Positions 15,053 to 31,011 of a stretch of 64,000 nucleotides of DNA are shown here, piece after piece; within the stretch, counting starts at the first letter, position 1, and every line of letters begins with the position of its first letter. The stretch comes from the human T2T-CHM13v2.0 reference genome, Homo sapiens. The notes beneath the pieces were generated by a model. That model ran no database searches, was not told the DNA's origin, and saw nothing but the letters and a program-made list of their open reading frames with translations. The stretch lies in assembly GCF_009914755.1 (NCBI RefSeq), contig NC_060945.1; one strand, given 5' to 3'. Position numbers and translations under genes: made by a program.

Positions 15053-18000
15053 AAACCATCACTGTTCATGCATTCAGTGGTGTTGTAACATTTCTCCCAC
15101 AAGCAACCTTCATTGGCATTATTTATTTATGACAGTGTCTTCCTCATGAAATCATGTCTCAGTAGCTCTTCTCTGTCTTCTTTCAAAGACTGTGGTATTT
15201 CTAGTCACACAGGCTCTAAAATTCATGAGTCCCAATTAATGTCTCTTTTGCTCCAATTTATTCCAACTCTTGTTCATTCTGTTTTCCTGGCTCACAGCTC
15301 TTCCTACTCTGTCTTTCCATTTTCATTCTCATTGCCTTATTTTAGCCCTTTATGACCTCTTACTTAAAAAATTTCTATAGCTTATACCTACACTTTCTCC
15401 CTACGCAAATCTGTCTGACCCATGATTGCTAGATTAATCACTCCAGAGAATTTGTGCTTAAATATTGTTACTCAAAATACTTTAGTCTCCACTCAAAATC
15501 CTTCTCCTGGGGATGTCAGCAACATGGCAGAACAGGAGACTCCTGACTATTCCATCTCTCACAGACATACAAGTAAACACCTACACATGAATTAGTTCTC
15601 TCCAAGAGGAAGCTAGAATCCAGTTGAAAGTCTCCCACACACTGGAAGACTGAGAAAATACCCACATCCAAACAGGTAGGAAAAGCAGAGACACACTTGC
15701 ACTAATCCTACCATGAGCACAACGCCTTATAATTAGGAAGGAAACTCCAACTCCCAGCTTCTTCCAGAAGGTTGGGAGTCTTGTACCACATGTATAGTGC
15801 CCAACTTTTACAGTTCCTGTGGGAGGGCTTTGATCTTAAGTTACCATGCTTGAAGAACAGTAGGGACAGTGCATTGGAGGATTTCTCTCAAGCACAATGG
15901 ACAAAGGGGCTTTTGAACCATGTGAGGACTCCCAGCTACTCTAGCCCCCAGGGATCAGCCCAACTTCTAACTTCCCCCTAAAGAGGGTTCAGCCTAAGAC
16001 TTTTCAAGGAACTCCCTGTGGCTCTGGCTTCTAACAAGCTGGTATCTGGGAGTCTAATAAGGAGCCTATAAGGATTAAACTTCTTTGAGTCTAAATCAGA
16101 AAGAAGGCACTCCCTGTGCCTTCTCCCCTTGCTGTCTCCTGATATAAATTCCTGCAATCTCTCATTAGAAAGAGAAGGGTGTACCTCTCCATGTCTGAAA
16201 GGAAAAGGGGGTACTCTCTATTCCTCTACCCTGGCTTGCTTTCACGATAAGATCACACAAGGCTCCCCCTACAAGGAGGGTGTGAAACTTCTGCTTGCTT
16301 GAATAGGAGAGTGGGCATCACTTGCACTTTCTTCCTTGGCTTGTTCCAGTGATGATTTCAGCCCTACAATATCTCCATGGAAAGAAGTTTGATGCCTCCA
16401 CCAGCAAGAATGAAAGGGATGGCACTCCTCATGCTCTTTTTCTCAGTTTGCTCAGGAGATAAACTCCTGAAATATCTCATTGGAAGGAGATAGAGGGACC
16501 TCTCCATGACTGAAAAGGAAAGTGAGAAGTCCCTGACCCTTCTGCTCTGGCTTGTTTCAGCAATAACTCCAGACCAGAAGCCTGTCCCTACTAGAAGAGT
16601 GAGAGACTTTTGCTTGCATGAACAGGAAAGTGGGCGTTCTCTGAAATATCTTCTCTGGCTTGCTCCATCAGTAAATACAGATCTGCAGGTCCTGGAAGTA
16701 GTTTCTGCAAGCACCAAGGACTCCATCTTTTACAGTTTCCAACAAGGTACTGGCTTCTAAATTACCTAGATCTTGGAGTTAATGGAGCTCTACATTCCTG
16801 AGTTTCCTAAGTTACAGAGAACATAAAGATGACTTTTAAACATGCAAATTTTCAGCAAATATTTCCACAGGTCCAAAGTGAGAAGTCTGATCAAGAATAC
16901 AAGTATCTCTCTCAGTCACTCACCTTGTGTACAGCAGAACAAGTGTGAGATAAACTCTGGCTGTCAACTTCTCTGCAAAGAAAGAAGGAACTGGAACATA
17001 TCTTACACCTCAACCTCTTCAGCTGCATTCTAAGGAACTGACTTCTATCCCACTTCTCTCAAGGCAATAGCATGACTTGACACTCTCTAATTTCTTTGGG
17101 GACACTAAGAACAAAGACATCAGGTTAGATGAGTACAAGGAGTTTGGAAGCACCAGGAATCTCTGGCTGGGCTGATGGGGGAGAAACATCTTTTACATGG
17201 GACCAGTCTAACAAAATTGAGAGAGATGGTTCTTTTATCTAATGCATGGAAACAAACATGAGAGCCAAGGAAAAATGAAGAAACGTGGAAATGTGTTCTA
17301 AATATAAGATACATCTCTGGAAGCCAACCCCAATGAAGTGGAGATATGTGATTTACATGACAGGGAATTCAAAAGGACAGTCATAAAGATACTTACTGAG
17401 ACAAGGAGAGCAATGCAAGAACAAACTGAGAACTTTAAAAAAAGATAGAAAATATAAAAATAGCAGCAAACAAAAATAATTGAGCTGAAGAATACAATAA
17501 TGGGGCTCAAAAATTTAATAGAGGGTTTCAATACCAATCTATATAAAGCAGAAGAAAGAATTAGCAAACTTGATGACAAGTCATTAGAAGTCATCCAATC
17601 TAAGAAGTCAAAAGAAAAAAGAATGAAAAAGGGTGAAGACAGTGTAGGGGATTTGTGGGACACCATTAAGTGGAATAATATATACATTATCAGTGTACCA
17701 GAAGGAGAAAAGAAACAGAAAGGGACAGAAAACATTCAAGGAAATAATGGCAGAAAATTTCCTAAGTCTGGAAAAGAAAATAGAAATCCATATCCATGAA
17801 GCTCAATGGTCTGTTATAGGATAAATTCAAAGGGACACACACCAAGACACATTACAATCAAATTGTCAAAAGTTAAAGACAAAGAGAATATTGAAAGCAG
17901 TAAGGGAGGAGTGACTTGTTACATACATGGGACCTCTAGAAGACTGTCAATGGATTTTCCACAGAAATCCTGAAGGGTAGAAGGGAAAGGGATGATATAT

Positions 18001-18671
18001 TCAAAACTGAAATAAAAAAAAGAACCCTGCCAACCAAGAATACTATACCCAGCAATCCTGTCCCTTAAAGGTGAAGAAGAGATAAAAACTTTCTGAGACA
18101 AACAAAAGGTGAGGGAATTTATCACCATTAGACCTACCTTACAAGAATGCTAACAATAGTCCCTCAAGCTTAAGGAAAAATTGTTAAGTAGCAACATCAA
18201 AGTATATTAAAACATAAAACTTACTGGTAAAAGTAAGTATGTAGTTAAACTCAGAACACTCTTAGATTGGAACAGTGGTGTGAAAATAAATTTTGTTTCT
18301 AGCATGAAAATTAAAAGACAAAACTATAAAAACAACTGTAGTTACACTAACTTGTTAAGGGACACAAACTAAAAATTACAAAACATGTCAAAAAAACAAA
18401 TGGAGAGGAATAAAAGTATAGAGTTTGTGCAAGTGATCAAAGTTAAATCATTATCAGCTTAACAAGGGATGTTCTTAGCATATGATGTTTTATATAATCC
18501 TCATAGTGGCCAAAAAAAAAAAAAAAACAACTCCTTAGTGGATACACCAAAGATAAAAAGAAAGGATTCAAAGCATACTGCGATAGGAAATCATCAAGCC
18601 ACAAAAGACAACCATAAGAGAGGAAGAGAGGAACAAGTAATCTACAAATTAACCAGAAAACAATTAACAAA

Positions 18672-19109
18672 ATGGCAATAGTAAGTCTTTATCTATCAAT
18701 AATTACTTTAAATGTAAATGAACTAAGTTATTCAATCAAAATACATCAAGTGGCTAAATGGATTAACCAAAAAAAAGACTCAGTGATATGCTGCCAACAA
18801 GAGACTCATTTCATCTCTAAGAACATACATAGACCAAAAATGAAGGGATGGAAAAAGTTATTCCATGGAAATAGAAATCAAAATAGAGCAGGGATAGCTA
18901 TACTTATATCACACAAAATAGACCTTAAGTCAAAAACTATAAAAAGAGGTGAAGAAGGTCATTATATGACGATAAAGTGGTCAATTCATCAAGAAGATAT
19001 GACAGTTGTAGATATGCATCCATCCAAAGTTGGAACACCTAAATTGGTAAAGCAGATATTAATAGATCCAAGGAATGAGATAGACTGTAATATAATAATA
19101 GTAGGATAA
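18672..19109 (+). pseudogene. L1 ORF2 APE-endonuclease remnant
   Basis: ORF MAIVSLYLSIITLNVN...ICCQQETH...KGWKKLFHGN...AGIAILIS...GHY matches the L1 ORF2p N-terminus; truncated. Confidence 0.9.
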
Positions 19110-19175
19110 CTAAATACTACACTTTTAACATTGGACAGATCATCTAGACAGAAAATATTGGACTTGAAGTATGCT

Positions 19176-19478
19176 TTATTTATTTATTTATTTTGAGACA
19201 GGGTCTCACTCTTTTGCCCAAGCTGGAATGTAGTGGCAAGACCATGGCTTACTGCAACCTCTACCTCCCCTGGCTCAAGTGATACCCCCACCTCAGCTTC
19301 TTGAGTGGCTGGAACTACAGGCATGCACCACCATTCCCAGCTAATTTTTGTATTTTTTTGTGGAGACAGGGTTTTGCCATGTTTTCCAGTCTGGCCTCAA
19401 ACTCTTGGGCTTCAGCAATTCACCTGGCTTGGCCTTCCAAAGTGCTGGGATTACAAATGTGAGGCACTGCACCTGCCC
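19176..19478 (-). mobile_element. AluJ inserted in L1 ORF2
   Basis: Antisense Alu; degenerate TSD tgaagtatgctt / tgaactacgctt. Confidence 0.9.
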
Positions 19479-21254
19479 TGAACTACGCTTCAGATCAAAT
19501 AAACCTAACAGACATTTATAGAACATTCCATTCAACAGCAAGAGAATATAAATTCTTCTCAAGTGCATCTGGAACATTCTCCAGGATATATCATATGATA
19601 GGCTGAAAACAAGTCTTAACACATTTAAAATGATTGAAATAATATTGAGTATTTTTTCTGAACACAATGGCATAAAACTAGAAATCCATAACAAGAGGAA
19701 CCTTGAAAAATTCCCAAATATATGAGAATTAAACAGCCTGTTTCTGAATAACTGATGGGTCAAAGGGGAAATTAAAAGAGAAATTAAAAAATATCTTAAG
19801 ACAAATGAAAATGGTAACACAACATATCAAAATTTATGGAATGCAGCAAAAGCAGTCCTGTGAGGGAATTTTATGACAATACATGCCTACATCAAAAAAG
19901 GAAAAAGATTTCAAATAAACATTGGTAGAAACGGGATATCCACATGCAGAAGAAGGAAATTGGATCATTTTCTTACACCATATACAAAATAAACTCAAAA
20001 TGAGTAAAAGATTTAAATGTTAAGGCCTGAAACTGTGAAGTTGCTTGGAGAAAATGGGAAAAGCTCCATGTTGTTGATCTGGGCAATGATTTCTTGGACA
20101 GAACTCCAAAAACCACAGGCAACAAAAGCAAAAATAGACAATTGGGATTGCATTAAATTAAAAAGCACAGCAAAGGAAACAATTAACAGAGTAAAGACAC
20201 ACCCATGAATTGGCAGAAAATATTTGCAAAAACTTAGACATCTGATGAGGGCCTGATATCCAAAATATATGAGGAACTCAAACCACTCAATAGTAAAAAA
20301 TCAAACTGATTAAAAACTGAGCAAAAGATCTGAATAGACATTCCTCAAAAGAGATATAAATGGCCAACAGATATATGAAAAAAAGTTCATAATATCTAAT
20401 TATCAGGGAAATGCAAATTAAAACCACAATGAGATATGACCTCACAGCTGTTAGAATGGCTATTATTAAAAAATAGGAATGATAAAGTTTTGATGAGGAG
20501 GTGGAGAAAAGGGAACTGTTTATTGGTATGTAAATTAGTATAGCTATTTTGGAAAAGAGTATGGGAGTTCCTCAAAAAACGAAAAATAGGATTGCCATAT
20601 GATCCAGCAATCTCACTTCTAAGTATACATCCCCAGAACTGAAACTGATATGTCAAAGAAATATTTGCACTCCCCTGTTCATTGCAGCATAATTCACTAT
20701 AGTCAAGGCATGCAAAACTCACAAAAGCCAAGGTATAGAACAAATGAATGGTTTAAAAATGTGGTAAATATACACAATAGAATACTATTTAGCCTTAAAT
20801 AAGAAGGAAATTTTGCCATTTGCAGCAACATGGATACAGCCAGAGGACAGTGAATGAAATTATCCAGGCACAGAAAGACAAATGCTGCCTGATTTCTTTC
20901 ATATGTGGAAGCTAAAAAAGTCGACCTTACAGAACTAGAGAGTAGAAAGGTGGTTACCAGAACCTGGAGGGATGGGGAAAGGAAAGATGTCGATCAAAGT
21001 GTCCACGGTTTCAGTTAGACTGGAGAAATAAATTTTAGTGTTCTATTGCACTTTATGGTGACCACACTAAAAAAAAATGTACTGTATATTTCAAGTTTGT
21101 TAAAATAATAGATCTTTAACATTCTCACCACAAAAAATTAGTGAGTTGATGAATATGTTACTTAGCTTGGTTGAAACTTGAATGTATACATCAAAACAAA
21201 AGAGCATATTCTATAAATATAGATGATGATTATTTGTCAGTTTTTAAAAATTGA

Positions 21255-21765
21255 ATCTTGGCATTTAGGGCCCTCCATAGTCTTCCATTTTTATTCCTCT
21301 TTATCTCTTTGATCATATCTATATTCTAGCCAGAGAGAACACTTGTTTTAATCATATTTGACACAATTCTCTATTGTTCTCTGCTTTAGTCAAGTTTTTG
21401 CCTTTTCTGGAGTACTTTTTGCTCCTCCATGATTTAATTTTTCAAATTTTACCTTTTCTCAAAATTCAGTATAGATGTCATTTCTTTCACAAAATTTTCC
21501 CTGTTAAGCCCAGAAAAATAATCTCTTTTCCCTCTGAATCATTAGGGTACTTTATTCATTTTTGTTTTGAGTGTTATTTTCTTACCAAGAAAATATTATT
21601 TCTTTCAGTATTATGTTGAATTATGATTCATTCACTGTCTAAACCTCCTTATTGAGTGGAAATTTCTATGAGGGCAAGTTACAGGTTTAAAATTATTTAT
21701 TTATTTTTTTCAATATCTTGCACACAGCAGAAAATTGGCAAATAAATGTTTATTGTCTGAGTCGT
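21255..21765 (+). mobile_element. L2 3' fragment
   Basis: ttggcatttagggccctcc...atgagggca...cttgcacacagcag..aataaatgtttattg typical of the L2 3' end. Confidence 0.6.
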
Positions 21766-22750
21766 ACTGGGGAGAGGAATGGAATTTGGAGCAAAGGACA
21801 TAACTTATTTGAATATATTGGAAAACATACCAATCTAGCATTTGTTCTTTAAAAAAATGAGTTCACAAGTGAGATATGGAGCAAGATTTTTAGAGGTTCA
21901 AGGACTGACACATTTCTGTGGGATATTCTGGTTTGACTTCCAAATCACCTCTGGGTCAAGACACTGGAGGTGTTTTAGAGCTTAAAATAGAAACTCGGAG
22001 CTCAGTGAAAAAATATATGATCGATTATTGCTGCAAATGTATAGAAAATGGAATTAGCACATGCCCGTAGTATTTCAACCATGCTTAAAGACAGTCTTTC
22101 TGTTGCCTTAACCCCTTTTGACCACAGATGGCCGTATTAAGAAAATATTTATTAAAAATCACAGAGGTCTATTCTTCATCTGCTAAACTGGTAGATTTTA
22201 AGGATATGGTCCCTTCTCCATGGTGCTTTAATATTTGCTAAATGTGTATGTGCACACATGTGTGTGTGCACTTCACATCTTATCCGGGCATATTGGAAAC
22301 CTTGTAATATAGTTTTTGTTTATTTTTAACCTTCCTCTCTACTGCCTTCCACTACCACCATTTAAATACACAAAACTGTCACTGTGTGAGATATGGCCAT
22401 TATGTTGCTAGCTCTTCTGTGATGTTTATAAAATATGTCAACTCCCTATAGTGAATTGGCATTGTTTTGCTCTCCCACTTCCTATCAACGAAAAAAAGCA
22501 AATGCCCCCAAGTAAATAATCTAACTCATTAACCCTCACTGCATTACAGAGATGGAAAAATTTATCAATAATAAGAGCTGAGCATCAGGGGAAGATGCTT
22601 TATCTTACCCCAAACCTGGAGACTCATCCCGGGGGGCACCAGGTCTCTGCAGTAGCTCCCATCTCCTTGCCCATACTCTTACTCTCCACCTGCACCATTC
22701 ATCTGAATAAATTAGCCTCACTGAGAGGAAGATGACAGCAAAGAGCGCAC

Positions 22751-22998
22751 CTGCAATGTAGTGTGACTGCCGCAGCTTAGTAAGGGGTTTCCAGGGAAGC
22801 GGTTTCTAAAACACAGGGGAGGAGAATTGTCAGGGTTTGGCTCCTTGTGAAATTTGCCTGTCAGAACAGATGATGCGTTTGGGCATAACACACTCCAGTT
22901 TGTTCTTCTGGCAGTTTCTCTTCTCAATTTCAAGGCTTTCACAGTTTTGCTGCAACTTATCCTTTTAAGGGGCTCTTCTTCTCCCATTTCTCCATTGA
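22751..22998 (-). other. Candidate 248-nt exon containing a small ORF (ATG at 22987)
   Basis: Acceptor ctctcacctctctggaccaacag|TCAATGG, donor TTGCAG|gtgcgc, one frame open throughout; non-repeat sequence; no recognised homology. Confidence 0.35.
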
Positions 22999-23429
22999 CT
23001 GTTGGTCCAGAGAGGTGAGAGATTATGTTGAAATTGTCTGCTTAGGACTGATTTGCTGTAGAATCAGGCCAATCACAACAACGGGCCCCTCCAGCATCTG
23101 CCCTCACTGCCCTTGTTTTCAGGGCACCATCCACCCATCCTCCGGTTTGTCTGGAATTGGAGGGGGTCTGGGGGACTGATGTTCCACAAGCCATGATCAG
23201 ACTAGTTCAGAGGGCAGTGGGCTTTTTCTGGAAATGACATGGGGAAGGATGTGAATTTTGGAGGTGCAGGGAGAGCAAGGAAACGTAATACAGATGTGAT
23301 CATGGTGTACTGTTTGTGGGAGCTGTCTTGTCTCTTAAAATCTTGGGGGATGTTTCAGTTTGGAATAATAGGTGAGTAGTTAAGGCTAGAATATGAAGTA
23401 TTCATCCAGAAGTGTTCATTGGCAAATGT

Positions 23430-23930
<501 letters not shown>

Positions 23931-24633
23931 GTATCTAATCTCCCAAGAGGGTAAAATTCCATTTCTAAAGTATCTGGCCTTGCTTTCTTTAAATAATGGA
24001 TAATAAGGATGTGGGGGGTGGACCTCTGCGAAGGAAGAATTTAAATATCCAGAGGGAGAGAATGCCTCTTTAGATTTGTGGTCTCCGTGATAAGTAGAGC
24101 TGCTCTTTTAATTTTATTTCAAAGATAAATGATAGTAGTGAGTGGAATAAAGGCACCAATCTAAGAACTGTTTTCCAATTCTCTGCTTTCAGCTCTAAAA
24201 CAAAGAGAATTTATCATTTGCCTTCATATACTGTGCTGTGTAGGTACCCAGAGACAGCAAAATTCCAATTAAAAGAGTATTGATTGCTCATAAATTAATG
24301 CCATCCATTCAGAATCGATGGTCACTTAATGTCTTTCAATGATTTTTATTGTGAGTCAGCTCAGCCCTTGTACTTTGCTTATTAAATGTTCCAGTATAAT
24401 CGTACGCCTATTTAACATGGGTGATTCTTTTGCTATTAACATATGGTTTTCGATTTTCATCCAGTTAGCACTATTAGTCATTCCACATGAAAGTCAGTGC
24501 AATCTAACAAACTCGAACAACTTCCCTCACCTACTCTCAGAGATAATTTATGTATCCCTCATTCCTCTGAGCCCAAAGCAGGTAAACATTTCCAATTAAA
24601 CTGAAGAGAGTAATAGAAGCTCTCCAGAATAGT

Positions 24634-24747
24634 AAAAAAAAAAAAAAAAAAAAATCCACAAAAAAACCCCAAACAAACAAACAACCTTCCACCCTACCCC
24701 CCGCAAAAAAAAAAACAAAAAAACCCAAGAACAAAAAACAAACAAAC
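24634..24747. repeat. A-rich low-complexity tract (poly-A, AAAC, C-runs)
   Basis: Direct inspection. Confidence 0.85.
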
Positions 24748-25519
24748 CCTCCTAGGAAACTAAAGCATAAAAATGTCATGGGAAGTTATAACTGGATCCG
24801 TAGGGGATATAATTTCATTGCCTGTAAGCAAAATCGTGATCTAATGGTTTTCGGAGACATGGGGTACTGGACATCTGTGAGGGGCCTGTGGAATCCCCCA
24901 GAGCATTGTGCTAATTAAGTAGGAAAGGGAAGCACGTTGGGAAGCCACCAGATGTCAGGCTGAAGTCTGGCAGTAAAGGGAGCTGGCTAAGCTCAAGGAA
25001 CATACATTTCAGGAGACAGATGTGATCACTGTATGAGGCTTGGGTGAAATTTATCTTCCAGTTCAATGGCTGGACCAGGACGTGAGGTAACCTGTGGCCA
25101 ATCAGGATATCCTTGTGACTAATGTTAATCCTTCAGACTCCTCAGATTTCATCCCACTTCTTTGCATTGGTGTCACAGCTAGAGTCCATGAAGGATAAGC
25201 AACCGAGCAGCTTCTGCCTACTTTTGCACTTCTATTCTGAAGAGAGCTGTTCATTTATTTAGCCAGTATCTACTTTTGGCATTAGGAGCTTTTGAGTGAG
25301 GTTGAGGGAGTGGAAAAGAGGGCAGAAATCCAGGAGAGGAGCGCATCAAATGGGAACATTCCTCAGGGACCAGGCTCCTCGCGTTCTGATCCTAGGTCTC
25401 TCACACATTGGTTGCAGGTCATTTAATTTCTCTCTGTTTGTTTGCTTATCTATAAAGAAATTGTACCAAATAACACATCCCTTCCAGAGCTAAAATTTGT
25501 TCTACTACAGGGTCTAGAA

Positions 25520-26325
25520 TAGCATCCTCCAACTGTTTTGCTCATGTACTTGCTAAAAGAATTTTTTAAAAGGGTGTGTACCCCCACATTTTAAAGATGA
25601 CATGCCATAAATTTAATTAGTTACAAAAGATGTAGTTTCCAGCATATTGTCTATTGCATAAGGGTTTTAAATACATGTTTTTCAAAACTGTGAATTTAGC
25701 TCATTCCGCTTATGATACATGTCACCACATCACCTAATTAACAAAGCCAGTTCTTATTGTCAGATCATTCAGCCAAATAAGACTTGTTTTCTGTCAGAAA
25801 AAGTCTGACTTTATTTTGTAATTTAAATAAATACATCAACATGCACCCTGCTGACAATCATCTCATTTTGGAACTCCAATTCTAGGATGAATAACTAATT
25901 AGATACTTCGAAAACTAGTAAGCCAGCTAGCTAAAGCAGGGATCCTTGCCATGAGTTGGCCAGCCCTTTAATGTTTCTTAATGTGTCCTTAAAGTACTGG
26001 TCCTTAAGAGCAATGTAGTCTCCAATTGTCCCTTTGTTTAGTGGCTCTGAGGTTTGTAAACAATGGGACAAGTCACTGTGTCAGTTTCAGATTGAATGAG
26101 AGATATGCTTTTCTTTTGGAAAGTGGGAGAAGGGTCATTATGAGATGGGAGGTGGGAAAAGGAGAACTAGCAGCCTGTAGACACGTTATTAGGCAAATTT
26201 ATTTTAGAAACAATGCCTATGGAAGTTGAGAATCTGGAAAAGAATCTGCTTAAAATCACCATGATATGTATCCCCTGGGGAGTTTTCATGTACCCCTGCC
26301 AAGGAGTACACAGCCCGGAAGCACA
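25520..26325. mobile_element. Possible hAT-type DNA transposon fossil
   Basis: gctcatgtacttgctaaaagaatttt..gtacccccacattttaa at one end and catgtacccctg..gagtacac at the other resemble hAT MER termini. Confidence 0.35.
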
Positions 26326-26629
26326 AAGAATTGGTAGGGGGTAGGATACTCTCCACTGTCATTTCATGCCAAGCATTTCAATAAGGCCAGAATGGCAAGG
26401 ACTGTCTTTTGTTAGGGCTGGCAGCCCCCACACATGATGCATACTCCCCTTTGAAATGAATTGGCCATCAAGCAACTTTCTATGATTGAATTCCCAGGTC
26501 TGTCGTTAGGGTATTGCCACTTTATCACCTAATATTTACTGAGAATCTAACTTGTAGGTGCTTCTGGGAACATAAAATATAATTTATGCAATTTATGAAG
26601 ATTCAAATTTTCCAGAAGTCAGGATGCCT

Positions 26630-26780
26630 AGAGGCAAATACAGTAGTGATTAAAAGCAATGACTCTGGAATAATTTGTCCTAGGTTGGAATTCGGTCTCT
26701 GCAATTTTGCTTGTGTTACGGGGATAGCCTCTGTTTTCTCATCTGTTTAAATAGAAGAAATAATACCTCTTTTACAGTGT
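26630..26780 (+). mobile_element. MIR
   Basis: agtagtgattaaaagca..gactctgga...cctctgttttctcatctgt..aaatag..aataatacct. Confidence 0.7.
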
Positions 26781-26789
26781 TTAATGTTT

Positions 26790-27090
26790 TCTCCATTTCT
26801 CCTCACTCCTTCGTCCATGTTTCACCTTCTCTGCAATGATTCATCCTTGTAGACCACATCACTAGAGTTCCCTTGCCAGTTAATTGGCTTCCAATATTTG
26901 CTAAAAAGTGGTACCAGGGGAGATTGGAGGGTGAGGAGAGAGGTGAGATATCTTTTCTAGGCCCTCTTTGGGCCATACATGACACCATGGCTGGATCCCT
27001 TCAAAACTACAGACAACTTTTGCTGATGGTCTTGCCTTCATATTTCAAATCTAACTCTACCTCACAGGCTTCTCATCATTTCTAGTCTCT
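26790..27090 (+). mobile_element. ERVL-type LTR fragment (LTR33-like)
   Basis: agttcccttgcc...ggcttcca...gggagattggagggtgaggagag motif. Confidence 0.45.
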
Positions 27091-27544
27091 GACCATACCA
27101 TCAGAATATATTTACTGTGATGTTTCAAAGTTTTTCTTCAAAGGAACTTCCCTCTCCTTTACTCAGTGGGTTCTGGATGTGAGACGAGGCTTATATTTGG
27201 AAACTGGGCAGGGGATACCCAGTTCATACTGGGGTGGCTGCTTTACCTTTCTGATCACCCTGATTATAACAGTTAAGAACTAGTCTCATTTGCTGCCCAC
27301 TTATTTTGCCTCTAGGAACTCTGTCTTCTACCGACCACGTCCTTATTCTATCCTCTGCCCTCTGTTATGTTGGCTCTGGCATTTCTACTTCACTTAGTGT
27401 GACCTGTTGCTTTGCCTAAGCTTCCAAGGGCCATCCTAGCAGTGTATGAGCATTGTTTCCCAGGGTCTTTGCCAGAGTGTCAAATCTGTATTCTGAGAGA
27501 GAGCTTCTGTGCTAATAAACTCTCCCTCATCCAACTTTACAATT

Positions 27545-28000
27545 CCCTCCTCTCCCCTTTGTCTAGCACTCTCTCAGGATTCATTTTTGGGGTCATAATC
27601 TCCAAGTACCAGCTAGTCTCCATCAACCAGAGTCTGTAGCACCTTTGGTGCTTTCACTTTTCCCTCGAATTGGTCCTTAATCACTCTTAGCCAGTCATTA
27701 TCTCTTTTAATGAATCAATGGCACTCAACAGCCACCCAATTCCATCCTTATATTTGCCTTTCCCCTCAAATATCTCAAAAGCCAGACATACTGTACCAGT
27801 TAGTGCTCCTCCTTCCACTGGCATCACATCCCAGTGTACAACCAGTGAAAGGCTTAATAATTGCACCACTGAAGCATGCCTGGTGCTATCTATACTCTAC
27901 CTGCCACTAGTGGTGGGGCCTCTTTGTCAGCCAGCTGGCAGGTGATGCAGCTCCAAAATCCAAATTTAGAGTCTTCTTCCTGGGATAGCTCCCGGTATCA
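27545..28000 (-). mobile_element. ERVL internal (ERV3-16A3-like) leader and gag remnant
   Basis: Adjoins an LTR16-type LTR; minus-strand start gttgataccgggag..cccaggaag; ORF 27687-27869 (WD..VEG.AL...AFE.F...YKDGIGWLL) resembles the ERVL/MaLR gag N-terminus. Confidence 0.6.
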
Positions 28001-28765
<765 letters not shown>

Positions 28766-29155
28766 CAGTCCAACTCTCAGCCCCACTGAGAATGCAAAAG
28801 ATGAACAAGAATGTCTTTTAAACACATTTTCTTCTTTTGCTTGTCAATTTTCAGTTCGTAGCCTAGATATTTCCAGTGTAGCAACAAAGACATTTCAACA
28901 GTGGTCACAGCAATGGTAAAATTGGACACAAATAAAAATGGAAAGTTTTGACAGTTTTAGCTGCATTTAGTTAAATATTGTGTTTATGCTCATTATTTGG
29001 CATAGCTCCTGTTGTTCTTGAGAGTATTTCAGAATATGCTTATTTAATTTTCTTTCTTTGCCATTTTTACTTTATTTTTTCCACCACATTTACTTTTCTG
29101 CAGTTAACTGACAATAAAAACAGAAGTGGAGGAGCTCAGAAGTCTACCCCAAATG

Positions 29156-29460
<305 letters not shown>

Positions 29461-29557
29461 GTCTACCCCAAATGTTCCCCAAGCATGCATTAGTGACTTC
29501 AAATACCATCACTTCCGTATTACATTTTGTCTCCCTTATATTCCTAATGAGGCTTAC

Positions 29558-29663
29558 CTGCTTTTGGTTCTTAGGAAAAGGTCTGGGTGGAAAATATCAG
29601 CTATTCTTGCCCTAGAGAGTCTTGAAGCAAACACTAACATCCACTGTCAAGCAAATGAAAAGT
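29558..29663 (-). other. Candidate 106-nt exon
   Basis: Acceptor cttctctgtcctatcttttag|ACTTTT and near-consensus donor GCAG|gtaagc on the minus strand. Confidence 0.4.
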
Positions 29664-30596
29664 CTAAAAGATAGGACAGAGAAGCTGTTAAGCTTTACCC
29701 CAACTGAAAGTTTGAGTTGAACTAACTTGGACTTGTTCTGCTGACTGGCTGTGCAGTTTTGGTGATATTTTATTAGTTTTTCCTTCCTTCAAAATTATGC
29801 AAAGGTCATGGTCCATCATGAAGTTTTATTTTTAATGTTCTATTTCTTTTTGTTGTTATCAATCAAAGAACATTATTGCCTGAAATAGTTTTCCCATTAG
29901 ATTAGGATGTTAATTGGTTGACAGAAATAATTGCTTAAAATGAAAGAACCTCCTCTTGCTGCTCAAAGCCGAGGAGCCTGATACTGTTTGTGATACAGGC
30001 CATTGGTAAATACTGTTGACTTGTGACCTGTGGTTCCCCATTCACTTGTTCTTTTTTGGAAGGAACAAGATGCTCTTCCTGCCTGGGGCTTTGCTCTGCT
30101 CAGCTATGCCACCCTCTGAAACATGTGATCTGCATTCCAAATGCTTCACTGACAGGTTCTCTATCACCCAGCACAGGTAGATCACTGTCATTGGCATCTA
30201 TGTGAGTGATGAGTTCTGTTTCATCATAAATAACCTGAATATTCATGTCCTAGACTATTGGTGACACTGGAACCTTCCTATTCATGAATACAATACTAAG
30301 AACATTGCATATACCTATTTTGCTATAGTGAGAAAAGCCCTCAAATCTCACTCTCAATATTATAGTACCCTCCCACCCCTCCACCCACAATTTTCAATGT
30401 TTGATTACTCTATAAAAGGTAGATAATTATCTGAATTTATAAACAACATAAATAATTCTCAAACATTTCACACAGCAACTACAGCATGAGGGTTGAGTCA
30501 ATCAGTCTTAACAGACACTCTTAAATTCATCTCCAGAGCATTTAGCGAGACTGAGAAAGAAGAAAAATTCTCCGCATTCTAACATTTTCGTCCTAG

Positions 30597-31011
<415 letters not shown>

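Larger units (their letters stand above)
15509..21250 (+). mobile_element. Near full-length degenerate L1 (L1M-type 5' end, L1MA-type 3' end) with RT-domain deletion
   Basis: 5' ggggatgtcagcaacatggcag; ORF1 remnant about 17250-18150 (EERISKLDDK, LWDTIKWNNIYIISVPEGE); ORF2 endonuclease remnant from 18672; 3' UTR to about 21250. Confidence 0.9.

Noticed and set aside
27900-27918. CTCF-like motif tgccactagtggtgg
   Set aside because: Partial match inside ERVL internal sequence; cannot be supported without ChIP data
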